A DNA stretch of 64,000 nucleotides, taken from positions 1 through 64,000 of the forward strand of contig CAVVLJ010000023.1 of assembly GCA_963749075.1 (NCBI GenBank), in the 5' to 3' direction. Each line of letters starts with the position of its first letter. The first letter of the stretch is position 1. The notes beneath the pieces were generated by a model that worked only from the letters and a program-made list of their open reading frames with translations, ran no database searches and was not told the origin of the DNA. Origin of the DNA: an uncultured Pseudomonadota bacterium (GTDB lineage: Bacteria > Pseudomonadota > Alphaproteobacteria > JACZXZ01). The position numbers were made by a program, and so were the translations under genes. Shown here in pieces: positions 1-22,532 of the stretch.

Positions 1-55
1 GGCCGCGGCGCCGGGCGGCATTGCCGGCCAACGTATGACGACGCGGCGGCGAGTT

Positions 56-132
56 AGGAGTGTAGCTCAATTGGCTAGAGCACCGGTCTCCAAAACCGGC
101 GTGGGGGTTGCGAGCTCCCTCCACTCCTGCCA
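56..132 (+). tRNA. tRNA-Trp (CCA anticodon); variable loop and T-arm look corrupted
   Basis: AGGAGTG...CACTCCT acceptor stem plus GCCA end, D-arm GCTC..GAGC, anticodon stem CCGGT-CTCCAAA-ACCGG; usual position before secE. T-loop reads GGTTGCGAGCTCC rather than GGTTCGAGTCC. Confidence 0.9.
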
Positions 133-233
133 AGCCGAGAAGCGGAGGGTGCTGCGTGCGGGGGCCGCGCGTCTTCGGGCGCGGGATGCGCCGGCGGCTG
201 CGCCCTCCTTTCTGTGCGTTGGAATCCTGAGCG

Positions 234-434
234 ATGGCGAAAGTCAGCCCCGCCGAGTTCATTCAGCAGGTCCGCCAGGAGATGGCGAAGGTCACCTGGC
301 CGAGCCGCAAGGAAGCGTTGGTAACGACGGGCATGGTGTTTGTGATGGTGTTCTTCGCCGCGATGTTCTTCTTCGTGGTCGACCAGGGGCTATCGCTCGG
401 CATCCGCATGCTCCTCGGCGTGGGGAGCTCGTGA
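234..434 (+). CDS. secE: Preprotein translocase subunit SecE
   Basis: [12 protein letters not shown] motif plus one TM helix; lies between tRNA-Trp and nusG. Confidence 0.97.
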   Translation: MAKVSPAEFIQQVRQEMAKVTWPSRKEALVTTGMVFVMVFFAAMFFFVVDQGLSLGIRMLLGVGSS

Positions 435-965
435 TGGCGGCGCGTTGGTTCGTCTTGCACGTCTATTCCGGCTTCGAGAAGAAGGTGGCCCAGTCGATCC
501 GCCAGCAGGCCAAGCAGAACGGCCTCGAGGACGAGATCGAGCAGGTCATGGTTCCGGTCGAGGAGGTCATCCGAGGTGCGCCGCGGCAGCAAGGTGCAGA
601 GCGAGCGCAAGTTCTTCCCGGGTTACGTGCTGCTCAAATGGAGATGACCGACGAGACCTGGCATCTCGTCAAGAACACGCCGAAGGTGACCGGCTTCCTC
701 GGCGACAAGGGCAAGCCGATCCCGATCAGCGAGTCGGAGGCGAACCGCATCCTGCACCAGATGCAGGAGGGGGTGGAGCGGCCCAAGCCCTCGATCACCT
801 TCGAGATCGGCGAGCAGGTGCGCGTGTGCGACGGGCCCTTCACCTCCTTCAACGGGCTCGTCGAGGAGATCGACGAGGAGCGCGCCCGGCTCGAAGGTCT
901 CGGTCTCGATCTTCGGGCGCTCGACCCCGGTCGAGCTCGAGTACTCGCCGGTCGAGAAGGTGTGA
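434..965 (+). CDS. nusG: Transcription termination/antitermination factor NusG (apparent indels at ~571, ~637, ~893)
   Basis: [30 protein letters not shown] region [14 protein letters not shown]; pieces split across frames. Confidence 0.93.
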
Positions 966-1071
966 GGTCGGCCGGGAGTCCGCATTCGTCGCCGTGCAGG
1001 CGAACCATCGCGGGAGGTCCGCCTCCGCCGGGACCGCGGTCCATTTCGGAAGCGAACTGTCGAGTCGAGCG

Positions 1072-1503
1072 ATGGCAAAGAAGATCGACGGCTATATCAA
1101 GCTGCAGGTGCCGGCGGGGAAGGCGAACCCCTCGCCACCGATCGGCCCCGCCTTGGGCCAACGCGGCCTCAACATCATGGAGTTCTGCAAGTCGTTCAAC
1201 GCGGCGACCCAGGAAGAAGATGGAGCCGGAGATGCCGCTGCCGGTGGTCATCACGGTGTACTCGGACCGCTCCTTCACCTTCCAGATCAAGTCGCCGCCC
1301 GCGAGCTACTTCCTCAAGAAGGCGGCCGGGCTCGAGAAGGGCACCGCGACCGCGGGCCGCGGGGTGTCGGCAAGGTGACGAAGGCGCAGCTCCGCGAGAT
1401 CGCCGAGAAGAAGATGGCGGACCTCAACGCCAACGATCTCGAGGCGGCCTCGCGCATGCTGGCGGGAACCGCCCGCTCGATGGGCCTCGAAGTGGTGGAG
1501 TGA
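1072..1503 (+). CDS. rplK: 50S ribosomal protein L11 (compensating indels at ~1212 and ~1365)
   Basis: [29 protein letters not shown] ... [12 protein letters not shown]; the middle ([21 protein letters not shown]) is in another frame. Confidence 0.95.
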   Translation: MAKKIDGYIKLQVPAGKANPSPPIGPALGQRGLNIMEFCKSFNAATQEEDGAGDAAAGGHHGVLGPLLHLPDQVAARELLPQEGGRAREGHRDRGPRGVGKVTKAQLREIAEKKMADLNANDLEAASRMLAGTARSMGLEVVE

Positions 1504-1506
1504 GCC

Positions 1507-2214
1507 ATGGCACAGGGCAAGCGTCTCAGGGCGGCCTATGAGAAGATCGACCGCGACCGCTTCTACGGGCTCCCGGAGGCGGTCAAGATCCTCAAGGAAG
1601 CCGCCGCCAAGAAGATCGACGAGACCGTCGAGCTGTCGATGAACCTCGGCATCGACACGCGCCACGCGGACCAGCAGGTGCGCGGCGTGGTCTCCCTCCC
1701 CCACGGCACCGGCAAAGGCGTGCGCGTGGCGGTCTTCGCCAAGGGCGAGAAGGCGAACGAGGCCAAGGCGGCGGGCGCCGATATCGTCGGTGCCGACGAC
1801 CTGGCCGAGAAGGTGCAGAAGGGCGAGATCGACTTCGAGCGCGTGGTCGCCACCCCCGACATGATGGCGGTGGTGGGCAAGCTCGGCAAGATCCTCGGCC
1901 CCCGCGGCCTGATGCCGAACCCCAAGCTCGGCACCGTCACCATGGACGTGGCCAAGGCGGTGCGCGACACCAAGGCCGGGCAGGTGCAGTACCGCGCCGA
2001 GAAGGCCGGCATCGTGCACGCGGGCATCGGCAAGATGAGCTTCTCCGAGGACGCCATCATGGACAACGTGAAGGCGTTCTACGACGCGGTCGCGCGCGCC
2101 AGGCCGTCCGGCGTCAAGGGCAACTATATAAAGAAGGTGTCGCTGAGCTCGACCATGGGGCCTGGGCTCAAGCTCGACGTAGCGACCTTGGGCGGGCCTC
2201 AGGGCCACGCCTAG
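1507..2214 (+). CDS. rplA: 50S ribosomal protein L1
   Basis: [16 protein letters not shown] motif; synteny. Confidence 0.99.
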   Translation: MAQGKRLRAAYEKIDRDRFYGLPEAVKILKEAAAKKIDETVELSMNLGIDTRHADQQVRGVVSLPHGTGKGVRVAVFAKGEKANEAKAAGADIVGADDLAEKVQKGEIDFERVVATPDMMAVVGKLGKILGPRGLMPNPKLGTVTMDVAKAVRDTKAGQVQYRAEKAGIVHAGIGKMSFSEDAIMDNVKAFYDAVARARPSGVKGNYIKKVSLSSTMGPGLKLDVATLGGPQGHA

Positions 2215-2302
2215 CGTATAGAGGAGATTCCCCGTCCGGGGCGAGTTGCGCCGGGCGGAGATAGGGGACCCAAGGGAGGCTCGCCTCCCCGCCGGTCTCC
2301 GA

Positions 2303-2380
2303 CCTGTCCGAGACTGCAGGTGCCGCGGGAGCCTGCGCTCCCCCGGCATAAAGGCAAGAGCCGCCGCCTGCATAGACGGG
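2303..2380 (+). promoter_or_regulatory. L10 leader (autoregulatory RNA upstream of rplJ)
   Basis: CCTGTCCGAGACTGCAGG...CCTGCATAGACGGG nested stems in the rplA-rplJ intergenic region, resembling the known L10 leader architecture. Confidence 0.75.
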
Positions 2381-2543
2381 AGTTTCCATCCCGCCCTCGC
2401 GCGCCGGGAGAGGCACGCGAAGACGGGCTTGAACTTCTGGGGCAGGGTCAGCCGGACCCCGGGCTTCACCCGAGGGTCCATCGCAACCGGCCGCCGCCGC
2501 TCGCCAATTGGAGCGTAGGCGGCCATCAGGAGCGGAGAAGACG

Positions 2544-3062
2544 GTGCAACGTACGGAGAAGGAGGAGCTGGTCGCTTCCCTGAACCGCGCCTTCAGCGAG
2601 GCCGTGGCGGTGGTATTGACGCGCCAAAGCGGCCTCAGCGTCGCCGAGATACGGATCTTCAGGCGGGAGGTGCGGGCCGCAGGCGGCCGCTTCAAGGTGG
2701 CCAAAAACCGTCTTGCGCGCCGCGCCTTGTCCGGGACCCGGTACGAGGGTCTCGCCGATCTCCTCACGGGGCCAACCGCGATCGCCTTCTCGAGCGATGC
2801 GGTGGCCGTCGCCAAGGTGGCCGTCGACTTCTCGAAGACGAACGAGAAGCTGGTGATCGCCGGAGGAGCGCTCGGCGAGCGCGTACTCGACCCGGAAGGG
2901 GTCAAGGCCCTTGCAGCACTGCCGTCCCTCGACGAGCTGCGCGGCAGGATCGTGGGCTTGCTGAAGGCGCCCCAGACCAAGATCGCGCGCGTGCTGCAGG
3001 CTCCGGCCGGCAAGCTCGCCCGCGTGATCGGGGCATATGCCAAGCAAGGTGCGGCCTCGTAG
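2544..3062 (+). CDS. rplJ: 50S ribosomal protein L10
   Basis: GTG start; FKVAKNRLARRAL, LLTGPTAIAF, LPSLDELRG. Confidence 0.97.
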   Translation: MQRTEKEELVASLNRAFSEAVAVVLTRQSGLSVAEIRIFRREVRAAGGRFKVAKNRLARRALSGTRYEGLADLLTGPTAIAFSSDAVAVAKVAVDFSKTNEKLVIAGGALGERVLDPEGVKALAALPSLDELRGRIVGLLKAPQTKIARVLQAPAGKLARVIGAYAKQGAAS

Positions 3063-3107
3063 GACAACCTCGCAACCCGGAAGTTCAAGCTCAGGAGAGA
3101 TCGTGTC

Positions 3108-3482
3108 ATGGCTAATCTGGAAAGTCTGGTTGAGGAGCTCTCGAAGCTCACCGTGCTCGAGGCGGCGGAGTTGGCGACGCTGCTCGAAGGCAAGTGGGGC
3201 GTCAGCGCAGCTGCCGCCGTCGCAGTGGCCGCGGCTCCTGCCGCGGGTCCCGCTGCCGCGGCCGAGGAGCAGACCGAGTTCACCGTCGTGCTGGCCGCGA
3301 TCGGCGAGAAGAAGATCAACGTGATCAAGGAGGTCCGGGCGATCACCAGCCTCGGCCTCAAGGAGGCCAAGGACCTCGTCGAGGGCGCGCCCAAGGCGGT
3401 CAAGGAGGGGGTGTCCAAGGACGAGGCGGCCAAGCTCAAGAAGCAGCTCGAGGATGCGGGCGCCAAGGTCGAGATCAAGTGA
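3108..3482 (+). CDS. rplL: 50S ribosomal protein L7/L12
   Basis: Ala-rich hinge; [20 protein letters not shown]. Confidence 0.99.
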   Translation: MANLESLVEELSKLTVLEAAELATLLEGKWGVSAAAAVAVAAAPAAGPAAAAEEQTEFTVVLAAIGEKKINVIKEVRAITSLGLKEAKDLVEGAPKAVKEGVSKDEAAKLKKQLEDAGAKVEIK

Positions 3483-3496
3483 GACGGCGCGCGCAA

Positions 3497-3529
3497 GTGG
3501 CCCTCTCTCCCGCGCGGGAGAGGGGGCAC
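3497..3529. repeat. CCCTCTCTCCC-GCGC-GGGAGAGGGGG hairpin (REP-like; possible attenuator)
   Basis: Inverted repeat between rplL and rpoB, similar to other CCCTCTCCC/GGGAGAGGG hairpins in the window; no U-tract. Confidence 0.5.
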
Positions 3530-3665
3530 GCGCGCGGACGAGAGATAACGCCGAGCGCGGGCGCCTGAACGGGCGCTCGCGCGCGTGATTTGCCGGAGCC
3601 CGGCATTGCCGGGCGCCGGAGCTGCCGGCCCGACGGCGAGCCGGCGACCCAAGCGAGGAGCAGTG

Positions 3666-7832
<4,167 letters not shown>

Positions 7833-7852
7833 GCTTTGTGTGGACGGAATGA

Positions 7853-12115
<4,263 letters not shown>

Positions 12116-12151
12116 GTCGGCGCAGACGAAGCGGGGCATGGCGATTCGTTG

Positions 12152-12180
12152 TGGACAAGCGGTCTACCCCAATGTATGGT
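12152..12180 (+). promoter_or_regulatory. Putative sigma70 promoter for the inserted two-gene cassette
   Basis: TGGACA-N17-TATGGT about 40 nt upstream of ORF 12220. Confidence 0.45.
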
Positions 12181-12219
12181 AGTGTCTATGCCGTAGGCCT
12201 ACTACAGATTGGACGCTGA

Positions 12220-12432
12220 ATGGAGCTCATGGACAGCCAGACCGAAACGGCCATCCGTCTACTGACGCGGCTCGCCTACGGTAACGTCGCCCTTGTGCGC
12301 GAGGCGCTCGTGAAAAATGAGGGGAAAGACGTAGACGCGATTATTCAATACGTTCGTAAACACCGCAGGGGCGGCCCTCCGGCGATCCATGTGCCGGACC
12401 ATGAGCCGCCTGGGGGCGCGCCGGCTGGATAG
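12220..12432 (+). CDS. Small hypothetical protein (67-70 aa), predicted three-helix UBA-like bundle
   Basis: GGAG before the ATG at 12229; amphipathic pattern AIRLLTRLAYGNVALVREALVKNEGKDVDAIIQYVRKH; less GC-biased codons. Confidence 0.6.
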   Translation: MELMDSQTETAIRLLTRLAYGNVALVREALVKNEGKDVDAIIQYVRKHRRGGPPAIHVPDHEPPGGAPAG

Positions 12433-12471
12433 CGCGCCCATCCGAGCGGCTGGGGGCCGGGGAGTCAGGGG

Positions 12472-13272
12472 ATGACCGTCGTCCTCGCCACAGTCGCGGC
12501 GATCTTCCTGATGATGCCCGGCTTTGCCTTCATCGCCGGCGTCAATGTCACCGACAAGAATATTCGCGAGATTGTCTTCCGCGGCACCCCGGCGGAGGTC
12601 GCCTATGTCGTCGCTGTCTCGCTCGTTGTGCATCTCGCTTTTGCGCTCATTTGCCCCCGCAGTTTCAGCCTCGGCGCGCTTTCCGTCGATTATGCAAGGA
12701 ACGCCGCGGCCCAAGCGGCAGGCGCAACGCAAGCCGCCGCCGACTTGCCGCGAGCCGTCCTTGACGCCCTCGCCTACGTGTCCGGCTCCGCGGTGGCTGG
12801 TTTTCCCTTCGGCCTATTGTTCGGGTTCCTGGTTCGGTGGAAGCGGCCGAAATTCTTTGTGAAGCACAGATGGATGCTCGGACTCGCCGGGGCCTCGGGC
12901 GACAACGCGGTCTACGTTCGCGCACTCACGGCCCCGGCATTCTCCCGGGGCAAGAAGCTTGGCGATGGCGCCATCATGGTCGAAGGCACCATCCGCGACT
13001 GCTACTTCGCAGCGGATGGCACGCTTCTCTATCTCGTATTCAGCAGCTTTGTCGAAGCGGCCGTCGATCTGACGAGCCCGCCTTTTCTTGACCGGCCGCC
13101 GCGGGCGGTTGCAACGGTACCTTTGGTACAGTCCGGGACCTCGTTGGGCGCGATGGACCATCTGATCCTGGAAGGGCGCCATGTTGCCGCCGCGCGATAT
13201 GAGTTCGTTCCGACCACCGGGCTTAAGGGCGGGACCGCGGCACTCAGCCGAGCGGTCGAAGACGAACTGTAA
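12472..13272 (+). CDS. Hypothetical membrane protein (about 3 N-terminal TM helices plus a soluble C-terminal domain; DUF6338-like architecture)
   Basis: IFLMMPGFAF N-terminal TM, further hydrophobic helices, C-terminal VEGTIRDCYF..LLYLVF; atypical codon use. Confidence 0.7.
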   Translation: MTVVLATVAAIFLMMPGFAFIAGVNVTDKNIREIVFRGTPAEVAYVVAVSLVVHLAFALICPRSFSLGALSVDYARNAAAQAAGATQAAADLPRAVLDALAYVSGSAVAGFPFGLLFGFLVRWKRPKFFVKHRWMLGLAGASGDNAVYVRALTAPAFSRGKKLGDGAIMVEGTIRDCYFAADGTLLYLVFSSFVEAAVDLTSPPFLDRPPRAVATVPLVQSGTSLGAMDHLILEGRHVAAARYEFVPTTGLKGGTAALSRAVEDEL

Positions 13273-13309
13273 CCGCCGGACTTCGTGTGCCGTGCCGTCC
13301 CTCCGGACT

Positions 13310-13340
13310 GGGGCGAACCCGCATCGCGGTTCGCCCCCTC
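13310..13340 (+). terminator. Hairpin after the inserted cassette
   Basis: GGGGCGAACC-CGCATCGC-GGTTCGCCCC followed by CTCTTT. Confidence 0.5.
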
Positions 13341-13391
13341 TTTCGCAGGCGCGAGAGGGGGCGATAGGGGGGCGCCGGCCGCATCCGGCGC

Positions 13392-13420
13392 TTGACGCGC
13401 GGCTCCGCCTTTCATAGTAT
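13392..13420 (+). promoter_or_regulatory. sigma70 promoter of the str operon
   Basis: TTGACG-N17-TAGTAT followed by a GC-rich discriminator GCGGCGCC. Confidence 0.75.
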
Positions 13421-13628
13421 GCGGCGCCTTTGGCTGGGGGTCGGTGGTAGGCGGCTCTGCCTAGACGCAACTCCCGGGTTGCACAAGCCCGAACACAACT
13501 TTCACTACGCCGCTCGCGGGTTGGCGAAAGAACCCGCCGAGAGCGAGGCTGTCGCCTTCGCTCATGTCGTGTTGCACGGGATCGACCGGAACGGTCCGGC
13601 GAAGGGTCTACAAGAGGGTTGGAAGCGC

Positions 13629-14000
13629 ATGCCGACGATCAACCAGCTCATCCGCAGCGCGCGCCGGCCGCAGCGGGCGAAGAACAAGGTGCCGGCCCTC
13701 CAGCGCTGCCCGCAGAAGCGCGGCGTGTGCACGCGCGTCTACACGACGACGCCCAAGAAGCCCAACTCGGCGTTAAGAAAGGTGGCCAAGGTGCGGCTCA
13801 CCAACGGCTACGAGGTGGTGAGCTACATCCCGGGCGAGGGCCATAATTTGCAGGAGCACTCGGTCGTGCTCATCCGCGGCGGGCGCGTCAAGGACCTGCC
13901 CGGCGTGCGCTATCACATCATCCGCGGCACGCTCGACACCCAGGGCGTGGGCGACCGCCGCCAGCGCCGCTCGAAGTACGGCGCCAAGCGGCCGAAGTGA
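13629..14000 (+). CDS. rpsL: 30S ribosomal protein S12
   Basis: [28 protein letters not shown]. Confidence 0.99.
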   Translation: MPTINQLIRSARRPQRAKNKVPALQRCPQKRGVCTRVYTTTPKKPNSALRKVAKVRLTNGYEVVSYIPGEGHNLQEHSVVLIRGGRVKDLPGVRYHIIRGTLDTQGVGDRRQRRSKYGAKRPK

Positions 14001-14018
14001 CGAGGGAGGGAGCACCGC

Positions 14019-14489
14019 ATGTCCCGCCGCCGCCGCGCTGAGAAACGCGAGGTTCTGCCCGATCCCAAGTTCGGCGACCGCGTGCTCAGCAAGTTCATGA
14101 ACAGCCTGATGTACGAGGGCAAGAAGTCGGTCGCCGAGGGCGTCGTCTATTCGGCGCTCGAGACGATCGAGAAGAAGACCGGCCAGGACCCGGTCAAGAC
14201 CTTCCGCGACGCGCTCGACAACGTGCGGCCGGCGATCGAGGTGCGCTCGCGCCGCGTCGGGGGTGCTACCTACCAGGTGCCGATCGAGGTGCGCCACGAG
14301 CGCAGCCAGGCCCTCGCCATCCGCTGGCTCATCGGGGCCGCGCGCGCTCGCTCGGAGTACACCATGATCGAGCGCCTCTCGAACGAGCTCCTGGACGCCG
14401 CCAACAACCGGGGCTCCGCCGTCAAGAAGCGCGAGGACACGCACCGCATGGCCGAGGCCAATCGCGCCTTCTCCCATTACCGCTGGTAG
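14019..14489 (+). CDS. rpsG: 30S ribosomal protein S7
   Basis: [24 protein letters not shown]. Confidence 0.99.
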   Translation: MSRRRRAEKREVLPDPKFGDRVLSKFMNSLMYEGKKSVAEGVVYSALETIEKKTGQDPVKTFRDALDNVRPAIEVRSRRVGGATYQVPIEVRHERSQALAIRWLIGAARARSEYTMIERLSNELLDAANNRGSAVKKREDTHRMAEANRAFSHYRW

Positions 14490-14512
14490 CCGCCAAGGAC
14501 GCCGCAACAGCC

Positions 14513-16588
<2,076 letters not shown>

Positions 16589-16636
16589 GCCGCCGGCCGA
16601 GAAAACGCGACATCCTGCGAAACGGAGAAGAGCCAA

Positions 16637-17827
<1,191 letters not shown>

Positions 17828-17890
17828 CGAGTACCAGAGCGGCCAGGGTCCGGTCTCCCGCAGCCCAAGTCGCAGAAACGGAACGCCACG

Positions 17891-18199
<309 letters not shown>

Positions 18200-18210
18200 A
18201 GGACATGGAG

Positions 18211-18939
18211 ATGCGTACCGGGCTCATCGCACAGAAGGTCGGCATGACGCGCCTCTTCACCGAGGCGGGCGAGCATGTTCCGGTCACCGTGCTCAAGGTG
18301 GAGGGCTGCCAGGTCGTGGCCCAGCGCACCGAGGAGAAGGACGGCTACACCGCCCTTCAGCTCGGCGTCGGCCGTCCCAAGATCAAGAACGTGACGAAGC
18401 CCCAGCGCGGCCACTTCGCCAAGGCGAAGGTCGAGCCCAAGCGCAAGCTCGCCGAGTTCCGCGTCAGCGTCGACGCCCTCATCGAGGTCGGCGCCGAGCT
18501 CACCGTCGAGCATTTCCTCGCCGGCCAGTTCGTCGACGTGTGCGGCACCACCATCGGCAAGGGCTTCGCCGGCGTCATCAAGCGCCACCACTTCGGCGGC
18601 CTGCGCGCGAGCCACGGCGTCTCCGTCTCGCACCGCAGCCACGGCTCGACCGGCAACCGGCAGGATCCCGGAAAGGTGTTCAAGAACAAGAAGATGGCGG
18701 GCCACATGGGCGACCGCCGGCGGACCACGCTGAACGTCCGCGTGGTGGCGACCGACGCCGCGCGCGGCCTCCTCCTGATCGCCGGCGCCGTCCCCGGGGC
18801 GCCGGGCGGCTACGTCCTCGTGCGCGACGCGGTCAAGCGGCCGGCGCCCAAGGAGCTGCCCTTCCCGGGCGCCCTGCGCCCGCCGGCCGCCTCCGAGGCA
18901 GCACCCGCCGCCGCGGCCAGCGAGGGTGCCCGGTCATGA
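18211..18939 (+). CDS. rplC: 50S ribosomal protein L3
   Basis: [33 protein letters not shown] (3' end of the 14719..18939 ORF). Confidence 0.98.
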   Translation: MRTGLIAQKVGMTRLFTEAGEHVPVTVLKVEGCQVVAQRTEEKDGYTALQLGVGRPKIKNVTKPQRGHFAKAKVEPKRKLAEFRVSVDALIEVGAELTVEHFLAGQFVDVCGTTIGKGFAGVIKRHHFGGLRASHGVSVSHRSHGSTGNRQDPGKVFKNKKMAGHMGDRRRTTLNVRVVATDAARGLLLIAGAVPGAPGGYVLVRDAVKRPAPKELPFPGALRPPAASEAAPAAAASEGARS

Positions 18940-19556
18940 AGACCCCGGTCATCGATCTCGACAACAAGTCGACCGGCGAGCTCGAGCTCGACGAGGGCGT
19001 CTTCGGCCTGGTGCCGCGCAAGGACATCCTCGCGCGCGTCGTCAACTGGCAGCTCGCCAAGCGCCGCCGCGGCACCCACAAGACCAAGGGCATCTCCGAG
19101 ATCAGCGGCACCACCAAGAAGCCCTACCGCCAGAAGGGCACCGGCAACGCGCGCCAGGGCAGCCTGCGCTCGCCGCAGTTCCGCGGCGGTGCCGTGATCT
19201 TCGGACCGCTCGTGCGCAGCCACGCCTTCGACCTGCAGAAGAAGGTGCGCAAGCTCGGCCTCAAGATGGCGCTCTCCGCCAAGCTCTCCGAGGGCAAGCT
19301 CGCCGTGCTCGAGACGGCCTCGCTCAAGGAGGCGAAGACGCGGCTCCTCGCCGGCAAGCTCGGCAAGCTCGGCTGGGCCTCGGTGCTCATCATCGACGGC
19401 GCCGAGCTCGACGAGGGCTTCGCGCGCGCGGCGCGCAACATCCCCGGCGTCGACGTGCTGCCGCAGCAGGGCGCCAACGTCTACGACATCCTGCGCCGGG
19501 ACACTCTCGTGCTGACCCGCGCCGCGGTCGAGAAGCTGCAGGAGAGACTGCGATGA
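18936..19556 (+). CDS. rplD: 50S ribosomal protein L4
   Basis: [15 protein letters not shown]. Confidence 0.98.
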   Translation: MKTPVIDLDNKSTGELELDEGVFGLVPRKDILARVVNWQLAKRRRGTHKTKGISEISGTTKKPYRQKGTGNARQGSLRSPQFRGGAVIFGPLVRSHAFDLQKKVRKLGLKMALSAKLSEGKLAVLETASLKEAKTRLLAGKLGKLGWASVLIIDGAELDEGFARAARNIPGVDVLPQQGANVYDILRRDTLVLTRAAVEKLQERLR

Positions 19557-19873
19557 AGCGCTACTCCGGCAAGGTCACGATCAGCCGCGAGCGCATGTAC
19601 GAGCTCGTCCGCGCGCCGGTGATCACCGAGAAGACGACGCGCGGCTCGGAGCACAACCAGGTGACCTTCCGCGTGCCGCTCGACGCCAGCAAGCCCGAGA
19701 TCAAGGCGGCCGTCGAGGGCCTCTTCAAGGTCAAGGTCAAGGCGGTGAACACGCTGCGCGTCGCCGGCAAGGTGAAGCGCTTCAAAGGCCGGCTCGGCCG
19801 ACGCTCGGACTTCAAGAAAGCGATCGTCTCGCTCGCCGAGGGGCAGACGATCGACGTGACCACGGGCATCTGA
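19553..19873 (+). CDS. rplW: 50S ribosomal protein L23
   Basis: [23 protein letters not shown]. Confidence 0.97.
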   Translation: MKRYSGKVTISRERMYELVRAPVITEKTTRGSEHNQVTFRVPLDASKPEIKAAVEGLFKVKVKAVNTLRVAGKVKRFKGRLGRRSDFKKAIVSLAEGQTIDVTTGI

Positions 19874-19892
19874 GGGACGGGGGCGCGGTACG

Positions 19893-20723
19893 ATGGCACT
19901 CAAGACCTTCAATCCGGTGACGCCCGGGCGCCGCGGCCTCGTCATGGTCGACCGCTCGGAGCTGTGGAAGGGCAAGCCGCTTAAGCGCCTGACCGAGGGC
20001 AAGACCTCGACCGGCGGACGCAACAACCACGGCCATACCACCTCGTGGCACAAGGGCGGCGGGCACAAGCAGCGCTACCGCATCGTCGATTTCGCGCGCC
20101 GCGCCAAGATGGGCATGCCGGCCACCGTCGAGCGTCTCGAGTACGATCCCAACCGCACCGCCTTCATCGCCCTCATCCGCTACGAGGACGGCGAGCAGAG
20201 CTACATCCTGGCACCCCAGCGCCTCCAGGCGGGCGACCGCGTGGTCGCCGGCGAGAAGGAGGACATCAAGCCGGGCAACGCCATGCCGCTCGCCAGCATC
20301 CCGGTCGGCACCATCGTGCACAACGTCGAGATGAAGATCGGCAAGGGCGGCCAGCTGGCGCGCGCCGCCGGCAGCTACGTGCAGCTCGTCGGCCGCGATG
20401 CGGGCTATGCGCTGCTCAAGCTCGGCTCGGGCGAGGTTCGCATGGTGCGCGCCGAGTGCATGGCGACGATCGGCGCCGTCTCCAACCCCGACCACGGCAA
20501 CATCAAGATCGGCAAGGCGGGCCGCTCGCGCTGGCTCGGCCGCCGGCCGGTGGTGCGCGGCGTCGCCATGAACCCGATCGACCATCCGCACGGCGGCGGC
20601 GAGGGCCGCACCAAGGGCGGCCGCCATCCGGTCACCCCCTGGGGCATCAAGACCAAGGGCAAGCGGACGCGCAAGAACAAGGCGACGGGCAAGTACATCG
20701 TGCGCCGCCGCTACCAGAAGTAA
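19893..20723 (+). CDS. rplB: 50S ribosomal protein L2
   Basis: [21 protein letters not shown]. Confidence 0.99.
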   Translation: MALKTFNPVTPGRRGLVMVDRSELWKGKPLKRLTEGKTSTGGRNNHGHTTSWHKGGGHKQRYRIVDFARRAKMGMPATVERLEYDPNRTAFIALIRYEDGEQSYILAPQRLQAGDRVVAGEKEDIKPGNAMPLASIPVGTIVHNVEMKIGKGGQLARAAGSYVQLVGRDAGYALLKLGSGEVRMVRAECMATIGAVSNPDHGNIKIGKAGRSRWLGRRPVVRGVAMNPIDHPHGGGEGRTKGGRHPVTPWGIKTKGKRTRKNKATGKYIVRRRYQK

Positions 20724-20735
20724 GGGAGCTCAAGC

Positions 20736-21014
20736 GTGGCTCGATCAGTTTGGAAGGGACCGTTCGTCGACGGCTTTCTCCTCAAGAAGGCCGAGAAGTC
20801 GCGCGAGTCGGGGCGCAAGGAGATCATCCGGACCTGGGCGCGGCGCTCGACCATCCTGCCGCAGTTCGTCGGCCTTACCTTCGGCGTCCACAACGGCCAC
20901 AAGTTCATCCCCGTGCTGGTGACCGAGAACATGGTGGGCCACAAGCTCGGCGAGTTCGCGCCCACCCGGACCTTCTACGGCCACGCCGCAGACCGCAAGT
21001 CGAAGAGGGAATAG
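20736..21014 (+). CDS. rpsS: 30S ribosomal protein S19
   Basis: [23 protein letters not shown]. Confidence 0.99.
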   Translation: MARSVWKGPFVDGFLLKKAEKSRESGRKEIIRTWARRSTILPQFVGLTFGVHNGHKFIPVLVTENMVGHKLGEFAPTRTFYGHAADRKSKRE

Positions 21015-21015
21015 C

Positions 21016-21411
21016 ATGGGCAAGCGCGCGCGCGAGCGAAGGCTCCCCGAGAACGAGGCGATGGCCTTCGCGGGCTCCATCCGCACGAGCCCGCGCAAGC
21101 TCAACCTGGTGGCGGGCTCCATCCGCGGCCTCTCGGCCGAGAAGGCGCTGGCCGAGCTCACCTTCTCGACGCGGCGCATCGCGCGCGACGTGAAGAAGGT
21201 GCTCGCCTCGGCCATCGCGAACGCCGAGAACAACCACCAGCTCGACGTGGACCGCCTCTACGTCGCCGAGGCGACGGTCGGCAAGGCACTCGTCTTGAAG
21301 CGCTTTCACGCCCGCGCCCGCGGCCGCGGCGCCCGCGTCGAGAAGCCGTTCAGCAACCTGCGCATCATCGTCCGCGAGATGAGCGAAACGAAAGCCGGGG
21401 AGACGGCCTGA
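21016..21411 (+). CDS. rplV: 50S ribosomal protein L22
   Basis: [24 protein letters not shown]. Confidence 0.98.
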   Translation: MGKRARERRLPENEAMAFAGSIRTSPRKLNLVAGSIRGLSAEKALAELTFSTRRIARDVKKVLASAIANAENNHQLDVDRLYVAEATVGKALVLKRFHARARGRGARVEKPFSNLRIIVREMSETKAGETA

Positions 21412-22088
21412 TGGGTCACAAAGTCAATCCGACCGGGCTCCGGCTCGGCATCAACCGGACCTGGGACAGCCGCTGGTTCGCCGACCACGATTACGCCCAT
21501 CTCCTCCACGAGGACCTGAAGCTCAGGAGCTACCTCCATGAGCGCCTGGCCCAGGCGGGGGTGGCGCGCGTGGTGATCGAGCGGCCGGCCAAGAAGGCGC
21601 GCATCACCATCCATACCGCGCGCCCCGGCGTGGTGATCGGCAAGAAGGGCGCCGACATCGAGAAGCTGCGCCAGGACCTCGCCAAGATGACCGCGAGCGA
21701 GGTGCATCTCAACATCGTCGAGATCCGCAAGCCCGAGCTCGAGGCGCGCCTCGTGGCCGAGAACATCGCCCAGCAGCTCGAGCGCCGCGTCGCCTTCCGC
21801 CGCGCCATGAAGCGCGCGGTGCAATCGGCCATGCGGCTCGGCGCCCAGGGCATCCGCATCACCTGCGGCGGCCGGCTCGGCGGGGCGGAGATCGCGCGCG
21901 TGGAATGGTACCGCGAGGGCCGCGTGCCGCTCCATACGCTGCGCGCCGACATCGATTACGGGACCGCCACGGCGAAGACGACGTACGGCACCTGCGGGGT
22001 CAAGGTGTGGATCTTCAAGGGCGAGATACTGACGCACGACCCCATGGCGCAGGACAAGCGGCTCGCCGAGCAGCAGGTCGCGCGCTGA
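21411..22088 (+). CDS. rpsC: 30S ribosomal protein S3
   Basis: [27 protein letters not shown]. Confidence 0.99.
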   Translation: MGHKVNPTGLRLGINRTWDSRWFADHDYAHLLHEDLKLRSYLHERLAQAGVARVVIERPAKKARITIHTARPGVVIGKKGADIEKLRQDLAKMTASEVHLNIVEIRKPELEARLVAENIAQQLERRVAFRRAMKRAVQSAMRLGAQGIRITCGGRLGGAEIARVEWYREGRVPLHTLRADIDYGTATAKTTYGTCGVKVWIFKGEILTHDPMAQDKRLAEQQVAR

Positions 22089-22109
22089 GGGATTGAAGGA
22101 TAGGACGCG

Positions 22110-22529
22110 ATGTTACAGCCGAAGCGAACCAAGTACCGCAAGCAGCACAAGGGCCGCGTCAAGGGGCTGGCCTCCGCCGGCACCGCGCTCAACTTCGGCG
22201 CCTACGGGCTCAAGGCGATCGAGCCGGCGCGCGTCACCGCGCGCCAGATCGAGGCGGCGCGGCGCGCCATCTCGCGCCACATCAAGCGCGTGGGGCGCGT
22301 CTGGATCCGCATCTTCCCCGACATCCCGGTGAGCAAGAAGCCCGCCGAGGTGCGCATGGGATCGGGCAAGGGGACGCCTGAGTTCTGGTGCTGCCGCGTG
22401 CATCCGGGCCGCATCCTCTTCGAGATGGACGGCGTGCCGCGCGACATCGCCCAGAAGGCTATGGCGCTGGCGGCGGCCAAGCTGCCGGTCAAGACCCGCT
22501 TCGTGGCGCGGCTCGGCGAGGAGCGCTGA
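22110..22529 (+). CDS. rplP: 50S ribosomal protein L16
   Basis: [20 protein letters not shown]. Confidence 0.99.
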   Translation: MLQPKRTKYRKQHKGRVKGLASAGTALNFGAYGLKAIEPARVTARQIEAARRAISRHIKRVGRVWIRIFPDIPVSKKPAEVRMGSGKGTPEFWCCRVHPGRILFEMDGVPRDIAQKAMALAAAKLPVKTRFVARLGEER

Positions 22530-22532
22530 GCG

